NCBI GenBank assembly: GCA_963813335.1
Contig: CAWEYL010000001.1
Location: 640,001-704,000 of the forward strand
DNA: 64,000 bases
Origin: an uncultured Chloroflexia bacterium
Lineage (GTDB): Bacteria; Chloroflexota; Limnocylindria; Limnocylindrales; CSP1-4
Direction: 5' to 3'
The number at the start of each line of letters is the position of its first letter. Positions within the stretch are counted from its first letter, which is position 1. The notes under the pieces were generated by a model that did no database searches, was not told where the DNA came from, and was given only the letters and a program-made list of their open reading frames with translations. Made by a program: the position numbers and the translations under genes. Below are positions 19,757-29,732 of the stretch, in pieces.

Positions 19757-19957
19757 CTAGCGGGACGCCTTCGACAGCGTCCGGCGGCAGCGGGTGCAGA
19801 CGAGCGTCTTGGTGGGGACGCCCTTCTGGTTGTCGATGACGAGGGGCTGGAGATTGGGCTGCATGCGACGGTGCGCCCGGACGCGGTTCATCCCGACCGA
19901 CTGGGGGTTGAAGCCAGCCATCGAGGTCTTGCCGCAGATCGCGCAGGAGCGGGCCAT
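19757..19957 (-). CDS. rpmB: 50S ribosomal protein L28 (C+ type)
   Basis: MARSCAICGK...PNLQ...VCTRC; divergent from asp23-fakA as in Terrabacteria. Confidence 0.93.
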   Translation of the reverse strand: MARSCAICGKTSMAGFNPQSVGMNRVRAHRRMQPNLQPLVIDNQKGVPTKTLVCTRCRRTLSKASR

Positions 19958-20017
19958 GCGTGGTCCTCAGGAGGTGGTGTCTGACAGGGTCCAGCCGCGA
20001 ACGGCCCGGACGGAAGC

Positions 20018-20027
20018 GGTAGGATAC
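20018..20027. promoter_or_regulatory. Overlapping divergent -10 elements for rpmB and the asp23-fakA operon
   Basis: GGTAGGATAC, identical to 6761-6770. Confidence 0.55.
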
Positions 20028-20092
20028 CACACGGCCTCCGACGCTCCAGCCGGTCGCCGCCCGACCCGCCGTGCGAGGAGGACGTCGTCCGC

Positions 20093-20515
20093 GTGCCAGC
20101 CAGTCAGACGCCGGGCCGATCGCTCGTGACCCGCCGCGCGATCACCGATGTGGTCCGCGCCGCGACGCTCGGCTCTTACGGGGTGACCGGCCTCGCCGGC
20201 AGCCCGCTCGCCCGACTCCTCGCCCGCGTCGACCTCGCCCAGCCCGGGGTGGTCGTGCGCTTCGACGACGGCCTCGACGTCGAGCTCGACCTGGACGTCG
20301 CGCTCGGCGTGCCGGTCGCCGAGGTCGCCCGCCAGGTCGATTCGGCGGTCCGCTACGCGCTCCGGCGGTCGTTCGGCCTGGAGGTCCGCCGGCTCGTCAT
20401 CCACGTCGGCGGCCTGCGGGTCCAGCCCGGCGGGGCGCCGCCGGTCGTCGCCCACGAGGACCCGACCCAGATCCGGACCCGCGACCTCGCCGACAGCGGG
20501 ACGGACGTCGCCTGA
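20093..20515 (+). CDS. Asp23/Gls24 family protein (YloU-like)
   Basis: SYGVTGL..V.V.LDV..G.P..EVA..V...VRY pattern; upstream of the DAK2 gene. Confidence 0.85.
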   Translation: MPASQTPGRSLVTRRAITDVVRAATLGSYGVTGLAGSPLARLLARVDLAQPGVVVRFDDGLDVELDLDVALGVPVAEVARQVDSAVRYALRRSFGLEVRRLVIHVGGLRVQPGGAPPVVAHEDPTQIRTRDLADSGTDVA

Positions 20516-22176
20516 TGGTCCGCCGGGCCTGTGACGGGGCCGGCCTGCTGGCGGCATTCGGGGCCGCCGTCGTCAATCTCGAGGCCCACGTCGACGAGAT
20601 CAACGCCCTGAACGTCTACCCGGTGCCCGATGGCGATACGGGCTCGAACATGGCCGCGACCGTGCGCGCCGCGCTCGAGGAGGCCGAGAAGGCCGCCGGC
20701 CAGCCGGTCGACCGCGTCGCCGCCGCGATCAGCTTCGGGGCGCTCATGGGCGCCCGCGGCAACTCGGGGGTCATCACCAGCCAGATCTTCCGCGGGATGG
20801 CCGAGGGCCTCGAGGGCAAGAAGCGGTTCAACGGGCTGGACCTCGCGCACGCGCTCGCGACGGGCTCGAAGACGGCCTATGCCGCGGTGGCGAAGCCGGT
20901 CGAGGGCACGATCCTGACGGTCATCCGCGAATCGGCGGACGCAGCGGTCGCGGCCGCGGAGCACAGCGAGGACCTCGAGGTGGTCCTCGCCGCGACGGTG
21001 GACGCCGCGGAGAAGTCGGTGGCGCGGACGCCGACCCTCCTGGCCGTCCTGCGCGAGGCCGGGGTCGTGGACTCGGGCGGAGAGGGCCTGTACCGGCTGT
21101 TCCAGGGGGCGCTCCTCCATCTCGTGGGACAGGCGCCGGCGGCCGCGGCACGGGGACGTGGGACGGACGGCATGAAGCCGTCGGCGCTCGTCGCGCACGC
21201 CGACGAGGGGTTCGGCTACGAGACGATGTTCCTGCTGCTGGCCGAGGGCTCGCACCTGCTCGACGTCGATGCCATCCGCATCCACCTCGGATCGATCGGG
21301 GAGTCCGTGCTCGTCGCCGGCGACCCGCGCGCGCTCAAGGTCCACGTCCACAACGAGCGCCCGGACCTCGTCATCGGATATGGCCTGACGCTCGGGTCGC
21401 TGAGCCGGATCAGCGTGGAGAACCTCGACAACCAGACGCGCGACGTCCGCGAGACGCGGGCCGCCGAGTTCACCACGGGTGACGGCGGGCGCACCGGCGG
21501 CGCCCCCGCGCCGCTCAGCCTCTCCCTCGCGGTGATCGCCGTGGTGGCCGGCGATGGCCTCGCGGCGATCTTCCGGGATTTCGGGGTCGCGGCGGTCGTG
21601 CAGGGCGGGCAGACGTCCAACCCCAGCACCGGCGAGCTCCTCGAGGCCGTCTCGAAGGTCGACGCGCGCGAGGTCCTGATCCTGCCCAACAACCCCAACG
21701 TGGTCCTCGCCGCGCGACAGGTCGCCGCCATGGCCGACCGACCGGTCGCGGTCGTGGCCAGCCGGAATGCCGCCGAGGGGTTCGCGGCGCTGCTCGCCCT
21801 CGACCCGACGCTCGGCGCCGAGGCGAACTGCGGCCCCATGACCGAGGCCGCCCGGGCGATCCAGAGCGTGGTCGTCACCGAGGCCGTCCGCGACGCGACG
21901 ATCGGCGGGAAGAAGGTCAAGCGAGGCCAGACGATCGCCCTCGATCCCGACGACGGGCTCATCGCGGTGGACGGCGACGGGCCGAATGCGGTCCTCGCCG
22001 CGGTCGCCGCCCTGCAGCCCGGCTACGAGCTGCTGACCGTCTTCTACGGCGACGGCGCGGACCTCGAGGAGGCCGAGGACATGGCGAAGCGGATCGGCGC
22101 CCAGGTGCCCGGGATCGAGGTGGAGGTCCGCCACGGCGGCCAGCCCTACTACCGGTACCTGATCTCGGCGGAGTAG
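20515..22176 (+). CDS. fakA: DAK2-domain fatty acid kinase subunit A (YloV/FakA)
   Basis: INALNVYPVPDGDTGSNM, GARGNSGVI, KPVEGTILTV, GGQPYYRYLISAE. Confidence 0.92.
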   Translation: MVRRACDGAGLLAAFGAAVVNLEAHVDEINALNVYPVPDGDTGSNMAATVRAALEEAEKAAGQPVDRVAAAISFGALMGARGNSGVITSQIFRGMAEGLEGKKRFNGLDLAHALATGSKTAYAAVAKPVEGTILTVIRESADAAVAAAEHSEDLEVVLAATVDAAEKSVARTPTLLAVLREAGVVDSGGEGLYRLFQGALLHLVGQAPAAAARGRGTDGMKPSALVAHADEGFGYETMFLLLAEGSHLLDVDAIRIHLGSIGESVLVAGDPRALKVHVHNERPDLVIGYGLTLGSLSRISVENLDNQTRDVRETRAAEFTTGDGGRTGGAPAPLSLSLAVIAVVAGDGLAAIFRDFGVAAVVQGGQTSNPSTGELLEAVSKVDAREVLILPNNPNVVLAARQVAAMADRPVAVVASRNAAEGFAALLALDPTLGAEANCGPMTEAARAIQSVVVTEAVRDATIGGKKVKRGQTIALDPDDGLIAVDGDGPNAVLAAVAALQPGYELLTVFYGDGADLEEAEDMAKRIGAQVPGIEVEVRHGGQPYYRYLISAE

Positions 22177-22177
22177 G

Positions 22178-24367
22178 GTGGCCAAGGCCAGCGCCCCGGT
22201 CCCGCCGCCGCCGGTCGACCCGGTCGAGCTCCTCGACACCCCGCTGGCCCGCTCGGGCCTGGCGGCGGGCGCGACGCTGCGTCGAGCCGGCATGCGGCTT
22301 GACGTCTACGACGTCCGAGACCTCCTCTTCTTCCTCCCGCGTCGCTACGACGACCTGCGCGAGATGCACCGGCTCGGCGACCTGCGCCTCGTGGAGCCCG
22401 GGACCGTCGTCTCGGCTCGCGTGCGGGTCGCGGACGTCAAGGTGCTGCCCTCGTTCCGGCGCCGCGTCCAGCGCACGGTCGCGCTCCTCGAGGACGACAG
22501 CGGCCGGATCGAGGCGACGTGGTTCGGCCGGCGCTTCATCGAGCGGCGCCTGCAGGTCGACCAGGAGGTGGTGGTCTCCGGTCGGGTCAAGTGGTTCGGC
22601 CGGAAGCTCACGCTCGACAACCCGGAGTTCCAGGCGGTCCAGGGCGACGACGAGGTCCTGCACGCGGGCCGCATCGTCCCGGTCTACCGCCTGACGGCGG
22701 GGCTGACCGCGGCCAGGCTCCGCCTGGCGATCCGCGACGCCCTCGACCGTGCCGGCCCGACCTACCCCGAATACCTCCCGGCGGCCATCCGCCGCGAGAT
22801 GGACCTGCCCGGGATCGCCGCGACCCTCGAGTCCGCCCATTACCCGCTCACGTTCGAGGCCCGCGATGCCGCCCTCCGACGGCTGGCCTTCGACGAGCTG
22901 CTCGCGCTCCAGCTGGGCATGGTCGCCCGCCGGCGCCAGCGGGCGCGCGCCGCCGCGGTCCCGATCGCCATCGACGACGCCTCGGACGCCGACGTCCGGG
23001 GCGCGCTGACCGACGCGCTCGCGGCACGGGTCGGGCGGGACGTGGCGCTGACCGACGACCAGGCGGCGGCCACCGCCGACATCCGGACCGACATCGCGGG
23101 CGAGACGCCGATGCTGCGCCTGCTCCAGGGCGACGTCGGGTCGGGCAAGACCGCGGTCGCGGCCTACGCCCTCGCGGCCGTCGCGCGGGCCGGGTTCCAG
23201 GGGGCCCTCCTGGCCCCGACCGACCTGCTCGCCCGCCAGCACCTCGAGACCATCGGCGCCCTCCTCGAGGCGCTCGGCATCGGCGTGACCCTGCTGACCG
23301 GCTCGCTCAAGGCGGACCGCCGCGCCAAGACCCTCGCCGACATCGCCTCGGGGCAGGCCGCGGTGGTCGTCGGGACGCACGCGCTGATCCAGGAGTCGGT
23401 CTCGTTCCGCGATCTCGGCCTCGTCGTGATCGACGAGCAGCACCGCTTCGGCGTCGACCAGCGCGACGCGCTGGAGGGCAAGGCCAGCGGCCGCTCGCCG
23501 CACGTGCTGCTGATGACGGCCACCCCGATCCCGCGGACCCTCGGCCAGCTGGTCTACGCCGACCTCGACGTGTCCGACCTGCGCACGCCGCCGGCCGGCC
23601 GGGTCCCGATCCGCACCGGGATCCGCCGCCCGGACGACCTCGACGGCACGTGGCAGAAGGTCCGCGACGAGGCGGCGCTCGGCCACCGGACCTTCGTGGT
23701 CGTGCCGCTCATCGACGAATCAGGCGTCGAGACCGAGGGCGCGGTCGCGGCCGAGTCCGAGGCGAAGCGCCTCGCCGAGGTGCTCGCCCCGCTCCGGGTC
23801 GGCCTCGTCCACGGGCGGCTGAAGGCCGCCGTCCGCGATGCCGAGATGAGTCGGTTCCGCGACGGCGAGCTCGACGTCCTCGTCGGCACGACCGTCGTCG
23901 AGGTCGGCGTGGACGTGCCGGCGGCGACGATGATGATCATCGAATCGGCCGACCGGTTCGGGCTCGCCCAGCTCCACCAGCTGCGCGGCCGGGTCGGCCG
24001 CGGCACGGTCGAGTCGTACTGCGTCCTCGTCTCGGATTCGGGCGACGAGGTGGCGCAGGCGCGGCTCAAGGCGGTCGCCGAGATCCGCGACGGTTTCGAG
24101 CTGGCCGAGCGCGACTTCGAGCTGCGCCGCGAGGGCGATGTGCTCGGCCTGGCCCAGAGCGGCCTGCCGCGGCTGCGCGTCGCCTCGCTGCAGGAGCCGT
24201 CGCACCGTGAGCTCGCCGTCCAGGCGCGGGCGCACGCGGAGGCGCTCCTGGACCCGCGCGGCGCGCTGGTCGACGGGGTCGACGCCCTCCGCCACGAGCT
24301 CGAGGCGGGCTGGCTGCGGCGGATCTCGTCGGGCGAGGCGGCGGACGATGCGGACGACGATGGCTGA
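22178..24367 (+). CDS. recG: ATP-dependent DNA helicase RecG
   Basis: QGDVGSGKT, DEQHRFG, MTATPIPRT, QLRGRVGRG, wedge domain. Confidence 0.97.
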   Translation: MAKASAPVPPPPVDPVELLDTPLARSGLAAGATLRRAGMRLDVYDVRDLLFFLPRRYDDLREMHRLGDLRLVEPGTVVSARVRVADVKVLPSFRRRVQRTVALLEDDSGRIEATWFGRRFIERRLQVDQEVVVSGRVKWFGRKLTLDNPEFQAVQGDDEVLHAGRIVPVYRLTAGLTAARLRLAIRDALDRAGPTYPEYLPAAIRREMDLPGIAATLESAHYPLTFEARDAALRRLAFDELLALQLGMVARRRQRARAAAVPIAIDDASDADVRGALTDALAARVGRDVALTDDQAAATADIRTDIAGETPMLRLLQGDVGSGKTAVAAYALAAVARAGFQGALLAPTDLLARQHLETIGALLEALGIGVTLLTGSLKADRRAKTLADIASGQAAVVVGTHALIQESVSFRDLGLVVIDEQHRFGVDQRDALEGKASGRSPHVLLMTATPIPRTLGQLVYADLDVSDLRTPPAGRVPIRTGIRRPDDLDGTWQKVRDEAALGHRTFVVVPLIDESGVETEGAVAAESEAKRLAEVLAPLRVGLVHGRLKAAVRDAEMSRFRDGELDVLVGTTVVEVGVDVPAATMMIIESADRFGLAQLHQLRGRVGRGTVESYCVLVSDSGDEVAQARLKAVAEIRDGFELAERDFELRREGDVLGLAQSGLPRLRVASLQEPSHRELAVQARAHAEALLDPRGALVDGVDALRHELEAGWLRRISSGEAADDADDDG

Positions 24368-24932
24368 CGCGGGCCGCGTCATCGCGGGCCGCGCGCGCGG
24401 CATCCGCCTCGCCGGCCCGGGGGAGGGGACCCGGCCGATGGGCGACCGCGTCAAGCAGACGCTGTTCGCCATCCTCGAGCCGGACCTGCCGGGCGCCGCG
24501 TTCCTCGACCTGTTCGCCGGGAGCGGCGCGGCGGGCATCGAGGCACTGTCGCGCGGAGCGGCGTCGGCGACCTTCGTCGAGCGGGACGGGGCGGCGATCA
24601 AGGTGATCGGCGCCAACCTGGCGAGAACGCACCTCGGCGGTGCCGCCGCGCGGATCGTGAACGAGGAGGCCGTCCGCTGGCTTGGCTCGCCGCGTCGCGC
24701 CGGCGAGGGACCGTGGGACGTCGCGGTCGCCGACCCGCCGTACGACCGCCCGGAGCTCCTGGTCGCGACCCTCGCCGCCGTCGCGCCGCTGCTCGCCGTC
24801 GCCGGTCGTGTCGTCGCCAAGCACGCCAGCCAGTCGCCGCCGCCGGCCCGCATCGGGCTGCTAGCATCCGAGCGGGAGCGGCGCTTCGGCGAGACGACGC
24901 TGACCTTCTATCGGCGCGTGGAGGATCGATGA
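24360..24932 (+). CDS. rsmD: 16S rRNA m2G966 methyltransferase
   Basis: RVIAG, DLFAGSGAAGIEALSRGA, DPPY. Confidence 0.94.
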   Translation: MADAGRVIAGRARGIRLAGPGEGTRPMGDRVKQTLFAILEPDLPGAAFLDLFAGSGAAGIEALSRGAASATFVERDGAAIKVIGANLARTHLGGAAARIVNEEAVRWLGSPRRAGEGPWDVAVADPPYDRPELLVATLAAVAPLLAVAGRVVAKHASQSPPPARIGLLASERERRFGETTLTFYRRVEDR

Positions 24933-25426
24933 ACACGATCGCGGTCTACCCAGGCTCGTTCGACCCGATCACCAACGGCCACCTCGACGTCATCCGCCGG
25001 GCGGCGGCCGTGTTCGACCGCGTCGTCGTCGGCGTGCTGGCCAACCCGCGCAAGAGCCCGCTGCTCCCGGTCGAGACGCGCATCCGGGTGATCCGCGACG
25101 CCCTCGCGGCCGGCGGCGCGCCGCTCGGCGCGATCGAGGTCGACTCGTTCGACGGGCTGACCGTCGACTTCTGCCGCGCCCAGGGGGCGGGCTCGATCGT
25201 CCGGGGCCTGCGCGCCATCAGCGACTTCGAAGTGGAGATGCAGCTCGCGCACAACAACCGGGTGCTGGCACCGGACGTCGACACCGTCTTCTTCATGACC
25301 TCGGTCGAGCACGGCTACGTCAGCTCGAGCCTGGTCAAGGAGATCGCGGGCTTCGGCGGCGACGTCGCATCGATGGTCCCCGCGGCCGCATTGGCGGCCC
25401 TCGACGAGGCACTCCGGAGGCGCTGA
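24929..25426 (+). CDS. coaD: Pantetheine-phosphate adenylyltransferase
   Basis: YPGSFDPITNGH, RGLR, SSSLVKE. Confidence 0.97.
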   Translation: MNTIAVYPGSFDPITNGHLDVIRRAAAVFDRVVVGVLANPRKSPLLPVETRIRVIRDALAAGGAPLGAIEVDSFDGLTVDFCRAQGAGSIVRGLRAISDFEVEMQLAHNNRVLAPDVDTVFFMTSVEHGYVSSSLVKEIAGFGGDVASMVPAAALAALDEALRRR

Positions 25427-25498
25427 CGGCGACGTCCGCGTGCCATACTTGCCGGAACGCGTGCCAGGGCCAGTCCGCCGAGCCGGGAGGGAACTCCG

Positions 25499-26035
25499 AT
25501 CGACATCATCTTCCTCGTCGAGCGCCTCGAGTCGCTGATCGCCAACGGCAAGAAGCTGCCGCTCACGACGAACGTGGTCGTCGACCAGAACGCCGCCCTG
25601 GGGCTCATCGACGAGCTGCGCGTCGCCGTCCCCGAGGAGGTCCGCGCCGCCAAGCGCATCAACGCCGAGGGCGAGCGGATCATCGAGAAGGCCCAGATCG
25701 AGGCCGAGCGGATCGTCGCCAAGGCCCAGGAGCAGGCGGCCTACCTGATCGACGAGCGTGGCCTGACCCAGCAGGCCGAGGGCATCAGCCAGCGGGTGAT
25801 CGGCGAGGCGCACCAGGACGCGGACGAGATCCGCCGTGGCGCCGACGAGTACGCGGTCGGCGTCCTGGTCGGCCTCGAGGGCGACGTGGTCAAGACGCTC
25901 CAGAGCATCAAGAAGGGGATCGCGATGCTCGACGAGCGGCGGGCGGACCTCGTCCCCGAGGACGCCGCCGTCGAGGACGCCGATGGCGGCTGGGCCGACG
26001 AGCCGGAGGACGCGGCGCAACCGGCCCACCCATGA
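25499..26035 (+). CDS. Conserved coiled-coil protein of the coaD-yceD locus (DivIVA/ATPase-b-like); probable ATC start
   Basis: GGGAGG SD, then ATC GAC ATC ATC TTC CTC GTC GAG CGC CTC GAG = (M)DIIFLVERLESLIANGKKLPLT. This conserved-looking N-terminus lies upstream of the track's GTG at 25574. Confidence 0.78.
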   Translation: MDIIFLVERLESLIANGKKLPLTTNVVVDQNAALGLIDELRVAVPEEVRAAKRINAEGERIIEKAQIEAERIVAKAQEQAAYLIDERGLTQQAEGISQRVIGEAHQDADEIRRGADEYAVGVLVGLEGDVVKTLQSIKKGIAMLDERRADLVPEDAAVEDADGGWADEPEDAAQPAHP

Positions 26036-26586
26036 CCGCCCGCCCGCCGGACGGGCCCCTCATCTGGAACGTCGCCGGTCTCCTGGCCGATGCCGTCGGG
26101 TCCGACCGCCAGTACGCGGTCCGCGACGTCCGGCCCGACCTGCCCGATGGACTCGTCCTGACCGCCCCGGTCGAGGGCGCCGTCCGCCTGTCGCGCACGA
26201 ACCGCGGCGTCCTCGCCGATGCGGAGCTGACGGCGGCCATCGCCGGCGAGTGCAGTCGCTGCCTGAAGGAGCTGGCGATCCCGCTCGCGCTGGGGATCCA
26301 TGAGGAGTACCTGCCGTCGATCGACCTCGCGAGCGGGAAGCCGGTGGCATTCGACGACGAGCCGGACGCGCTCCGGCTGACCGACCACCACGAGGTCGAT
26401 CTCGAGCCGCCGGTCGTCGACGCCATCATCCTGGCCGAGCCGATCGCGCCCCTGTGCCGGCCCGACTGCCCGGGTCTGTGCATCGTCTGCGGCCAGCCGC
26501 TCGAGACCGGCGATCACGTACACCCGGACGACGACATCGACCCGCGACTCGAGGCGTTGCGGGCCTTCCGGGCGGACGACGGATGA
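26032..26586 (+). CDS. yceD: YceD/DUF177 family protein
   Basis: CSRCL, LCRPDCPGLCIVCG, DPRL; upstream of rpmF. Confidence 0.92.
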   Translation: MTARPPDGPLIWNVAGLLADAVGSDRQYAVRDVRPDLPDGLVLTAPVEGAVRLSRTNRGVLADAELTAAIAGECSRCLKELAIPLALGIHEEYLPSIDLASGKPVAFDDEPDALRLTDHHEVDLEPPVVDAIILAEPIAPLCRPDCPGLCIVCGQPLETGDHVHPDDDIDPRLEALRAFRADDG

Positions 26587-26711
26587 GCCGGGGGAGACGA
26601 GCGGCCGGATCATGCGGTAGACTCCGCCGTCGGCGTGGCGCCGCGCCCGGACCCGGGACGGTCGAGCGGCCACGCGACACGACCGACCTCTGACAAGGAG
26701 CCCACGACCCC

Positions 26712-26912
26712 ATGGGTGTACCCAAGCGCCGCGTCTCGCACGCCCGCCAGGGCGAGCGCCGCGCGCACCTCGCCATCGAGCTGCCGAACCTCGAGGAGTG
26801 CCCGCACTGCCACGAGCAGAAGCAGCAGCACCACGTCTGTCCGAACTGCGGCTACTACAACGGCCGCCTGGCGGTCGCGCCCAAGCCCGTCGCCGACGAC
26901 GCAGCGCGCTGA
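26712..26912 (+). CDS. rpmF: 50S ribosomal protein L32 (C+ type)
   Basis: MGVPKRRVS..RRAH..CPHC..HHVCPNCGYY. Confidence 0.97.
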   Translation: MGVPKRRVSHARQGERRAHLAIELPNLEECPHCHEQKQQHHVCPNCGYYNGRLAVAPKPVADDAAR

Positions 26913-26916
26913 TCGC

Positions 26917-27999
26917 GTGACGGACCCCGCACCGACCGGGAGCACGGCGGGCGGCGTCCGCGTCGCCATCGACGCGATGGGCGGCGACCACGGTCCGTCC
27001 GAGGTCGTGCCCGGGGCCATGGCCTACGCCCGGTCCCACCCCGCCGACCGACTGATCCTCGTGGGCGACGAGGCGGTCGTCGCGGCCCTCGCGGGTCCCT
27101 TGCCCGCCAACGTCACGATCGTCCACGCGACGCAGGTCATCGGCATGGACGAGCACCCGGCCATGGCCCTTCGCGAGAAGCGCGATTCCTCGATCCTCGT
27201 CGCCACGGACCTGGTCAAGCGCGGTGACGCGGACGCGGTGGTGACCGCCGGTCACACCGGCGCCGGCATGGCCGCCGCGGTCCTCCGCCTCGGGCGCCTG
27301 CCCGGCGTCGACCGGCCGGCCCTCGCCGTCCAGATGATCACGGACTCCGGCCCGATGGTGCTCCTCGATATCGGCGCCAACCCGGATTCGACCGCGGAGA
27401 ACCTGGCCCAGTTCGCTCGCATGGGGGCGATCTTCGCCGAGCGCGTGATGGGCATCGCGAGGCCGCGCGTCGCGCTGCTCTCGATCGGCGAGGAGCGCGG
27501 CAAGGGCGACGCCCGGATCCAGCGTGCGACCGAGCTGCTGGACGCGTCGGACCTCCGCTTCGAGGGCAACGTCGAGGGGAAGGACCTGACCAAACACCAG
27601 GCCGATGTCGTGGTCTGCGACGCGGTCCTCGGCAACGTGGTCATCAAGTTCTTCGAGGGCCTGTCCGGGTTCATCTTCGACCTGTGGCGGACCGAGTTCA
27701 AGCGCGGCGTCCGCGGCCGGCTCGGCGCCGTCTTCATGAAGCCCGGGATCGACCGCATCCGCGGCGTCTTCGACTACGAGAAGGTGGGCGGCTCGATCCT
27801 GCTGGGGGTCCGCGGCACGGTGATCATCACCCATGGCCGGGCACGCAGCCGGATGATCGACTTCGCCTGCGATGTGGCGGCCACGACCGCGCGGACACGG
27901 GTCCCGGCGCTCATCGGCGAGGCCCTCGTCTCGCACGCCGCGGGCGCCGCCGCCGAGGCCGAGCGTGCCGCCGCGCCGGCCGAGGGCATCGCGTCGTGA
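26917..27999 (+). CDS. plsX: Phosphate acyltransferase PlsX
   Basis: IDAMGGDHGP, AGHTGA, RPAL, LDIGAN, GNVEG. Confidence 0.96.
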   Translation: MTDPAPTGSTAGGVRVAIDAMGGDHGPSEVVPGAMAYARSHPADRLILVGDEAVVAALAGPLPANVTIVHATQVIGMDEHPAMALREKRDSSILVATDLVKRGDADAVVTAGHTGAGMAAAVLRLGRLPGVDRPALAVQMITDSGPMVLLDIGANPDSTAENLAQFARMGAIFAERVMGIARPRVALLSIGEERGKGDARIQRATELLDASDLRFEGNVEGKDLTKHQADVVVCDAVLGNVVIKFFEGLSGFIFDLWRTEFKRGVRGRLGAVFMKPGIDRIRGVFDYEKVGGSILLGVRGTVIITHGRARSRMIDFACDVAATTARTRVPALIGEALVSHAAGAAAEAERAAAPAEGIAS

Positions 28000-28310
28000 G
28001 CGGCCATGAGCTGACCGTCGGTCCGTCCGTCATCCGCGAGCTCGTCGGCCTGGCGGCCCTCGAGGTGCCCGGCGTGGCGCGCGTGGGCCGCGGCGGGGCG
28101 CCATGGCGGCGCTGGCTCGGCGGCCGCGCGGTCACCGTCCGCGTCCTCGAGGAAGGCGTGACGGTCCGCATCTGGATCGTGGCGCGGCCCGGCCAGGCGA
28201 TCGGGCCACTGGCCGCGCAGGTCCGGACCGCGGTCGCGGCCACGGTGGAGCGCCTGCTCGGGCTCGACCTCCGCGCCGTGACCGTGCTGGTGGACGGTGT
28301 CGGGGGCTGA
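27996..28310 (+). CDS. Asp23/Gls24 family protein (YqhY-like)
   Basis: VGLAALEVPGV..V.V.VDGV; upstream of nusB; GTGA overlap with plsX. Confidence 0.82.
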   Translation: MSGHELTVGPSVIRELVGLAALEVPGVARVGRGGAPWRRWLGGRAVTVRVLEEGVTVRIWIVARPGQAIGPLAAQVRTAVAATVERLLGLDLRAVTVLVDGVGG

Positions 28311-28734
28311 CCGGGTCCGAGGGCGGCGCACCGGGCGCCGCCTGGCACTCTCCGCGGTCTTCGAGGCAGACTTCGGGCAGCACACCGCCGAGGCCGTCCT
28401 GGAGCGCCATCTCGCCGAGTCGGAGCGGGATCCCGCCGCCGCGGAACTGGCCCGCGAGCTGGTCGGCGCGGTGACCGCCTACCGCGATTCGATCGACGCG
28501 GAGATCACCCGGCGGGCGCCGCAGTACCCCGTCACGGGGCTGGCGCGGATGGACCGCGCCCTCCTCCGTACGGCCATATCCGAGGTGCTACACTCCGGCA
28601 CGCCGGCCCGGGTGGCCATCGCCGAGTGGGTCGAGTTGGCACGCATCTACAGTGGCGACCCGATGCGCCGCCTCATGAACGGGGTGCTCGGGAAGATCGA
28701 AGCGGAGTCCAACGGCACCCGGCCGTCGGCCTAA
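28297..28734 (+). CDS. nusB: Transcription antitermination factor NusB
   Basis: RRxx[30 protein letters not shown]. Confidence 0.92.
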   Translation: MSGADRVRGRRTGRRLALSAVFEADFGQHTAEAVLERHLAESERDPAAAELARELVGAVTAYRDSIDAEITRRAPQYPVTGLARMDRALLRTAISEVLHSGTPARVAIAEWVELARIYSGDPMRRLMNGVLGKIEAESNGTRPSA

Positions 28735-28756
28735 CCCAACTCCGAGGAGGGAGTCA

Positions 28757-28993
28757 GTGGCAACCACCTACGAGCGCCTCAAGAAGATCGTCGTGGAGCA
28801 GCTCGGCGCCGACGAGGATGAGGTCAAGCCCGAGGCCTCGTTCGTCGACGACCTGAACGCCGACTCCCTCGACCTGGTCGAACTGATCATGAGTCTCGAG
28901 GAAGAGTTCGGGACCGAGATCTCCGACGAGGACGCCGAGAAGATCCGGACCGTGCAGGACGCCGTCGACTACATCGACGAGCGGTCGTCCTAA
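28757..28993 (+). CDS. acpP: Acyl carrier protein
   Basis: [12 protein letters not shown] motif. Confidence 0.98.
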   Translation: MATTYERLKKIVVEQLGADEDEVKPEASFVDDLNADSLDLVELIMSLEEEFGTEISDEDAEKIRTVQDAVDYIDERSS

Positions 28994-29015
28994 GACCCCC
29001 GGGCGGCGGGCCATC

Positions 29016-29732
29016 GTGCGCCCCGCCAGGGCCTTCGCGACCCGTCTCGGCGTCCCGATCCGCGACCAGGGCCTGCTCGAGCAGGCCCTCATCCATGCCA
29101 GCTGGCTGCACGAGCATCCCGATGAGGCCGCCGGCCAGAACGAGCGGCTGGAGTTCCTCGGCGACGCCGTCGTCAGCCTGATCGTCTCCGAGGCGCTCTA
29201 CGCGCGCCATCCCGAGGACGACGAGGGCGACCTGTCCGCGCGCCGGGCGGCCATCGTCTCGACGACCGGCCTGGCCCGGCTGGCCAACCGGATCGATCTC
29301 GGCTCGGTGCTGATGCTCGGCGAGGGCGAATCGCGCCGCAGTGGCCGCCGCCGGCCGACCCTCCTGGCATCCTCCTTCGAGGCGCTCGCGGGCGCGATCT
29401 ACCTGGACCAGGGGTTCGACGTCGCCCGGGACTGGCTGACCGAGCTCGCGGCGCCCGAGCTGACCCAGGACGGCCCCATCGTGGCGCTCAAGAGCCCCAA
29501 GAGCCGTCTCCAGGAGTACACCCAGCGGCACTCGGGCGGTCGCCCGTCGTACCGGCTGGTCGACGTGACGGGCCCCGACCACGAGAAGACGTTCCGCGTC
29601 GAGGTCCACGTCGACGGCCAGGCGCTGGGCGTCGGCGAGGGGCCGTCGCGCCGCGTCGCCGAGACCGCCGCGGCCGCCGAGGCCATCGAGCACCTCCGCT
29701 CCCACCTGCGGCCCGAAGCGGTCGGCGAATGA
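29016..29732 (+). CDS. rnc: Ribonuclease III
   Basis: NERLEFLGDAV signature plus dsRBD. Confidence 0.97.
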   Translation: MRPARAFATRLGVPIRDQGLLEQALIHASWLHEHPDEAAGQNERLEFLGDAVVSLIVSEALYARHPEDDEGDLSARRAAIVSTTGLARLANRIDLGSVLMLGEGESRRSGRRRPTLLASSFEALAGAIYLDQGFDVARDWLTELAAPELTQDGPIVALKSPKSRLQEYTQRHSGGRPSYRLVDVTGPDHEKTFRVEVHVDGQALGVGEGPSRRVAETAAAAEAIEHLRSHLRPEAVGE

